This document shows positions 58,741 through 64,000 of a DNA stretch of 64,000 bases, piece by piece (position 1 is the first letter of the stretch; each line of letters starts with the position of its first letter). This DNA is from Candidatus Binatia bacterium (GTDB lineage Bacteria; Desulfobacterota; Binatia; Bin18): NCBI GenBank assembly GCA_963666315.2, contig CAXXHG010000043.1, forward strand, positions 1 through 64,000, in the 5' to 3' direction. The notes below the pieces were generated by a model. That model was not told where the DNA came from. It saw only the letters and a list, made by a program, of their open reading frames with translations, and searched no databases. Made by a program: the position numbers and the translations under genes.

Positions 58741-58777
58741 CCTTGTTAAATGTTTGGAACAGGACAGGTGTTTCCAT

Positions 58778-61700
58778 ATGGGCGAGAAACAGAGAAATAA
58801 TGGCCAGGCACAACTCGAAGCCCTGCTTCAGGAACGCATTCTATTGCTCGACGGGGCCATGGGCACCATGATCCAGTCCTACCAGCTGGAAGAAGCCGAT
58901 TACCGTGGTGAACGCTTTGCCGATCACCCGTGTGATGTGAAAGGCAATAACGACCTGCTTACCTTAACTCAGCCGGACATCATCAAAGCTATTCACACCG
59001 CCTACTTTGATGCGGGCGCTGATCTTGTCGGGACCAATACCTTCAACTCGACTTCCATCGCCATGGCCGACTACCGGATGGAAGACTTGGTGTATGAACT
59101 CAATACAGCCGGTGCCGCCCTGGCGCGTGCGGTAGCGGATGATTTCGAGGAGAAAAACGCGGCCCGGCCACGCTTCGTGGTCGGTACGCTGGGCCCAACC
59201 AATCGCACTGCCTCGATCTCACCGGATGTGAATAGCCCCGGTTTTCGGAATGTCACCTATGAAGAACTGGTCGAGGCTTATAGTGAGGCGATCCGAGGCT
59301 TGGTGGACGGCGGGGCCGACATATTACTCGTCGAGACCATCTTCGATACCCTCAATGCCAAGGCGGCCCTATACGCTATCGATCAGTACTTCGATGAGCA
59401 TCAAGTGCAGCTACCGATCATGATATCCGGCACCATTACAGACCAATCCGGCCGGACCTTGACCGGTCAAACCACAGAGGCCTTCTGGAATTCGGTCAGA
59501 CATGCGAATCCACTGACGATAGGCTTGAACTGTGCCTTAGGTCCTCAGGATTTACGACAATATATTGAAGATCTTTCGGTCGTTTCGTCGATTTATATTT
59601 CGGCCCATCCGAATGCCGGACTGCCGAATGAATTCGGTGGTTATGATCTCGGTGCCGGCCCGATGGCCGAGCATATTAAAGAGTGGGCCGAATCCGGCCT
59701 TTTGAACATTGTCGGTGGCTGTTGCGGTACCACACCTGAGCATATCGCTGCCATAGGCAAGGTCATTCAAAACATATCCCCACGCAAGCGACCGGAGATC
59801 CCGCCCTACCAGCGCCTGAGTGGACTCGAAGCCTTCAATATCACACCGGATACCAACTTTGTGAATGTCGGTGAACGCACCAATGTGGCCGGATCGCCCA
59901 GATTTTTAAAACTCGTGAAAGAAGACCAGGATCTGGAAGCGGCCGTAGCGGTTGCCCGCCAACAGGTGGAGAACGGCGCGCAGGTGATCGACATCTGCAT
60001 GGACGAAGGCATGCTCGATTCCGAACAACTCATGGCCGACTTTTTAAAACTCATTGCGAGTGAACCGGACATCTCGCGCGTCCCGGTGATGATCGATTCC
60101 TCTAAGTGGACGGTGATCGAGGCGGGGCTGCGGTGCGTGCAAGGAAAATGCATCGTGAATTCGATCTCCTTGAAGGAGGGTGAAGAAAAATTCATTGCAT
60201 ACGCCAAACTCATTAAACGCTATGGGGCTGCCATGGTCGTTATGGCCTTTGATGAGCAGGGCCAAGCGGATACGACCGATCGTCGGTTAGAGGTGTGCCA
60301 GCGATCGTATGACATCCTGGTGAATCAAGTCGGTTTTTTACCGGAAGACATTATCTTTGATCCGAATATCCTTACCGTCGCGACCGGCATGGAAGAGCAT
60401 AATAACTATGCGGTCTCCTTCGTCGAGGCGACGCGACTCATTAAAGAACACCTGCCGCATGCACTCGTCAGTGGCGGATTGAGTAATGTGTCGTTCTCCT
60501 TTCGCGGCAATAACCCGGTGCGTGAAGCCATGCATGCCGCGTTTCTGTATCACGCTATCCAGGCCGGTATGGACATGGGCATCGTCAATGCGGGCCAACT
60601 CGGCATCTATGATGAGATCCCCAAAGATCTGCTCGGATATATTGAAGATGTATTACTCAATCGACGCGATGATGCCACTGATCGATTAGTGGAATTTGCC
60701 GAGACGGTCACAGGTGGGGGCAAGAAAGAAAAGAAAGTCGATCTTGAATGGCGAAAAGGTCCTGTCCGGGAACGTCTCTCGCATGCATTGGTGAAAGGCA
60801 TAGCCAATTACATTGAAGAAGATACAGAAGAGGCACGCCAACAATCTGATCGCGCGTTGCATGTCATCGAAGGACCCCTCATGGACGGCATGAACGTCGT
60901 CGGTGATCTCTTTGGTGCCGGCAAGATGTTTTTACCCCAGGTGGTAAAAAGTGCGCGTGTCATGAAAAAAGCGGTGGCCTATCTCCTGCCTTATATCGAG
61001 GCGGAAAAAGGCGACGGTGAAATAAAAAGCAACGGCAAGATCGTCATGGCGACAGTGAAAGGTGACGTGCATGACATCGGCAAGAATATTGTCGGGGTCG
61101 TATTGCAATGTAATAACTTCGAAGTCATAGACCTCGGCGTCATGGTACCGGCACAAACCATACTCGACACCGCCCGCGAACAAAAGGCCGACATCATCGG
61201 CTTAAGTGGACTCATTACGCCATCACTCGATGAGATGGTACATGTGGCAAAAGAAATGCAGCGCCAGGACTTTGCCCTACCGCTTATGATCGGTGGTGCA
61301 ACGACGTCGCGCGCGCATACCGCAGTAAAGATCGACTCTAGTTATGAACATCCGGTGATTCATGTAAAAGATGCCTCGCGTGCAGTCGGGATATCAACGC
61401 GTCTGTTAAACGTTGATATGAAAAAAGAACTCGCCGCAGAGATCCAGCAAGACTACGACATAGTACGTGAACGGCATGCGGCAAAACAAGCAAAAACGAC
61501 CTGGCTCACACTAGCCCAAGCCCGAGCGAATCGTGTGGCCATCGATTGGGATAACTATACACCACCCGTACCGCATACACTGGGCATAGAAATTTTCGAT
61601 GATTACCCGTTAGGTGAGTTGGCCGAGTATTTTGACTGGACACCGTTCTTTATTGCATGGGAACTTGCAGGTAAATTTCCACGCATCTTATGTGACGACG

Positions 61701-62524
61701 TGGTCGGTCAGGAAGCAACCAAACTCTACGACGATGCGCGCCAGATGCTCGCAAAAATCATTGCTGAGAAATGGTTTAGCGCAAAAGGCATATTCGGTTT
61801 ATTCCCGGCAAATTCGATCGGCCATGACGATATTATTGTCCATGGATTTACAGCGGCCGCGGGGACAGGGATGTACAAAAGCGGCGGAGGTATACTCACT
61901 ACATTGCATACCGTCCGACAACAAACACCAAAAGCAGCCGGTCAACCCAACTATGCACTGGCGGATTTCATTGCGCCGGAAGAAACGCATATACATGATT
62001 ACATCGGTGCGTTTGCGGTTGCAGCCGGTTTCGGCATGCAAGACAAATTGGATCAGTTTGAAAACGATCATGATGACTATAGTGCCATTATGCTTAAAGC
62101 CTTAGCAGATCGTTTTGCCGAGGCGTTTGCCGAACGCTTACACCAGCGTATCCGAAAAGAGTACTGGGGTTATGCCCCGGATGAAGGGTTCGATAATGAG
62201 GCTTTGATCACAGAAAAATACCAGGGCATCCGCCCTGCCCCCGGATATCCGGCTTGCCCGGACCATACCGAGAAGCCATTGATCTGGGATCTGCTTAAAG
62301 TCGAAGAAAATACGGGCATAACTTTGACGGAATCCTACGCCATGTTCCCCACAGCAGCAGTCAGCGGCTTCTACTTCTCACATCCGGAATCGCGATATTT
62401 TGGGGTGGGAAAGATAAATAAAGACCAAGTCAGAGATTACGCCCACAGAAAGAGCATGACTATGGCTCAAATTGAGAGATGGCTTTCTCCCAATTTGGGG
62501 TATGATCCCGACGGTGTTGGTTAA
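58778..62524 (+). CDS. metH: Cobalamin-dependent methionine synthase
   Basis: [34 protein letters not shown] (DxH), [20 protein letters not shown]. Confidence 0.98.
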   Translation: MGEKQRNNGQAQLEALLQERILLLDGAMGTMIQSYQLEEADYRGERFADHPCDVKGNNDLLTLTQPDIIKAIHTAYFDAGADLVGTNTFNSTSIAMADYRMEDLVYELNTAGAALARAVADDFEEKNAARPRFVVGTLGPTNRTASISPDVNSPGFRNVTYEELVEAYSEAIRGLVDGGADILLVETIFDTLNAKAALYAIDQYFDEHQVQLPIMISGTITDQSGRTLTGQTTEAFWNSVRHANPLTIGLNCALGPQDLRQYIEDLSVVSSIYISAHPNAGLPNEFGGYDLGAGPMAEHIKEWAESGLLNIVGGCCGTTPEHIAAIGKVIQNISPRKRPEIPPYQRLSGLEAFNITPDTNFVNVGERTNVAGSPRFLKLVKEDQDLEAAVAVARQQVENGAQVIDICMDEGMLDSEQLMADFLKLIASEPDISRVPVMIDSSKWTVIEAGLRCVQGKCIVNSISLKEGEEKFIAYAKLIKRYGAAMVVMAFDEQGQADTTDRRLEVCQRSYDILVNQVGFLPEDIIFDPNILTVATGMEEHNNYAVSFVEATRLIKEHLPHALVSGGLSNVSFSFRGNNPVREAMHAAFLYHAIQAGMDMGIVNAGQLGIYDEIPKDLLGYIEDVLLNRRDDATDRLVEFAETVTGGGKKEKKVDLEWRKGPVRERLSHALVKGIANYIEEDTEEARQQSDRALHVIEGPLMDGMNVVGDLFGAGKMFLPQVVKSARVMKKAVAYLLPYIEAEKGDGEIKSNGKIVMATVKGDVHDIGKNIVGVVLQCNNFEVIDLGVMVPAQTILDTAREQKADIIGLSGLITPSLDEMVHVAKEMQRQDFALPLMIGGATTSRAHTAVKIDSSYEHPVIHVKDASRAVGISTRLLNVDMKKELAAEIQQDYDIVRERHAAKQAKTTWLTLAQARANRVAIDWDNYTPPVPHTLGIEIFDDYPLGELAEYFDWTPFFIAWELAGKFPRILCDDVVGQEATKLYDDARQMLAKIIAEKWFSAKGIFGLFPANSIGHDDIIVHGFTAAAGTGMYKSGGGILTTLHTVRQQTPKAAGQPNYALADFIAPEETHIHDYIGAFAVAAGFGMQDKLDQFENDHDDYSAIMLKALADRFAEAFAERLHQRIRKEYWGYAPDEGFDNEALITEKYQGIRPAPGYPACPDHTEKPLIWDLLKVEENTGITLTESYAMFPTAAVSGFYFSHPESRYFGVGKINKDQVRDYAHRKSMTMAQIERWLSPNLGYDPDGVG

Positions 62525-62757
62525 ATCGTCGCCTGACCTGGGTTCTTTTAGTGACGAGTTCCGCGATGTATAAGGCGTTGCAGAAGCGGGATTCAGAGAC
62601 ATTCCAGTAGTTCAAGAACGTCCCTTGCTTCCCCGCCAGCTACACCCTGCAGCACAGCGCATCTGGTGGAGCAAGCGCCGCTTTGCGCAACAGCCCAGCA
62701 CTCCAACACTCCAGGCTCTTGACTGTCACCCCCTTCTTTTGCTTCCCTGATCTTTGT

Positions 62758-64000
62758 ATGAAGCTGCTCAGCACGCAACTCACCTACTTTCTGAATGAGC
62801 GGGAAACGCGCCGCAATATCGGGACGCTTCTCAAATTTTTCGCCTTTTTGGTTGGTATTATCATTATCTTCTCAATCCTCTTCCACGTGATCATGTTGTA
62901 CGTGGAAAGGCAGGACCATTCGTGGCTGACTGGGCTGTACTGGACACTCACCGTGATGAGCACGCTCGGATTTGGCGACGTTACCTTCAGCAGCGATATT
63001 GGGCGGCTTTTCAGTATTGTGGTCCTGCTGTCCGGGATCGTCCTGTTGTTAATTGTCCTGCCTTTTACCTTTATCCGGTTCTTCTACGCCCCCTGGCTCG
63101 AAGCCCAGGTGCGGCTCCAGGCCCCGCGTGAAGCCCCGCTCGACACGCGGGGACACGTCGTGATCTGTGCCTACGATGCTATTGCGCCTGGTCTGATTGA
63201 GCGGCTGCGGCTGCACGATATCCCCTACTCTGTCCTTGAACCTGACCCGACAGTCGCCGCGCGCATGTATGAAGACGGAATTTCCGTCATTGCTGGTGCG
63301 ATCGATAGCCGCGAGACGTACGAAAAAGTCCGCGCTGCCCAGGCACGTTTGATCTTTGCGAACAGTACCGACACCGTAAACACAAATATTACCCTCACCG
63401 TTCGAGAGGTTGCACCGGACATCCCCATTATGGCAACAGTCGAGAACGAGGACTCGATTGATATTCTCGAACTGAGCGGGTGTCCGCACGTGCTCCCCCT
63501 TAAGCAGCGTTTGGGAGAGCGTCTCACGAACCGGATTAATACCGGTCACGCCGAGGCCCATGTGATCGGCCACTTCCAGGATCTCCGGGTTGCCGAGTTT
63601 CCCGTCCGCAATACGCCCTTGGCTGGTCGGACGATCCGTGAGACCCGGCTGCGTGAGGTCATCGGTATCAATATTGTTGGGATTTGGGAGCGCGGTCGGT
63701 TGTTGCCGGCGTCTCCAGATACATCCCTGTCCAATACCAGTGTGATAATCGTTGTGGGCTCGGCAGAACAAATGCTTGAACTCAATACGCTGCTCGTCAT
63801 TTACGATACCAACTACAATCCGGTCATAGTCATCGGGGGGGGGGCAGTCGGGTGCGCCGCAACCCGGGCGCTGAAGCGCAAGGAGCTACCGGTTCATTTG
63901 GTTGAGCATGACGAGCGCTTGCGGGAGCGGATCGAACACCTCCCGGACAGACTTTTCATCGGCGATGCTGCCGATCGAGAGGTATTGATGCGAGCCGGAT
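62758..64000 (+). CDS. Potassium channel with RCK (TrkA-N/C) domains, 3' truncated by window (not in ORF track)
   Basis: MKLLSTQL..., TM, pore motif YWTLTVMSTLGFGD, TM, RGHVVIC RCK domain, second VIVIGGGAVG Rossmann motif. Confidence 0.9.
   Translation, partial: MKLLSTQLTYFLNERETRRNIGTLLKFFAFLVGIIIIFSILFHVIMLYVERQDHSWLTGLYWTLTVMSTLGFGDVTFSSDIGRLFSIVVLLSGIVLLLIVLPFTFIRFFYAPWLEAQVRLQAPREAPLDTRGHVVICAYDAIAPGLIERLRLHDIPYSVLEPDPTVAARMYEDGISVIAGAIDSRETYEKVRAAQARLIFANSTDTVNTNITLTVREVAPDIPIMATVENEDSIDILELSGCPHVLPLKQRLGERLTNRINTGHAEAHVIGHFQDLRVAEFPVRNTPLAGRTIRETRLREVIGINIVGIWERGRLLPASPDTSLSNTSVIIVVGSAEQMLELNTLLVIYDTNYNPVIVIGGGAVGCAATRALKRKELPVHLVEHDERLRERIEHLPDRLFIGDAADREVLMRAG

Noticed and set aside
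63049-63771. 240-aa minus-strand ORF
   Set aside because: Antisense to the K+ channel gene, which has a clear TLGFGD filter and is missing from the track only because it has no stop in the window.

Overview
Gene-dense bacterial chromosome segment, read with genetic code 11. Gene order and families (ffh-rpsP-khpA-rimM-trmD-SPOUT-rplS, DUF4911, CxxxY-type CcmE) point to a deltaproteobacterial-type lineage, possibly Ca. Binatia; this is inference only. Contents in order: 3' part of nuoN, cobS, LysR, RodZ-like; a catabolic stretch (amidohydrolases, three family III CoA-transferases, cyclase); menA; a peptide/nickel ABC transporter; clpP, trxB; the ribosomal/trmD operon; a ccm cytochrome c maturation cluster interrupted by a csp gene; pgm, pdxA, surA, mfd, accBC, aroQ; SAH riboswitch plus metH; and a K+ channel running off the end. 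The best candidate for an undescribed system is a tightly coupled 7-gene operon (26789-33676). It encodes a GlmL/MutL-type actin-fold ATPase with no B12 mutase beside it, a barrel-sandwich/KOW protein and four membrane proteins, one DUF6754-like. The second candidate is a CRISPR-independent Cas4-like nuclease split into two membrane-anchored polypeptides, with TGA exactly at the expected fourth Fe-S cysteine. Several accessory genes are decayed (amidohydrolase, cyclase, htpX, yvcK). I saw no rRNA, tRNA, CRISPR array or transposase. All family assignments come from motif recognition by eye, not database searches.
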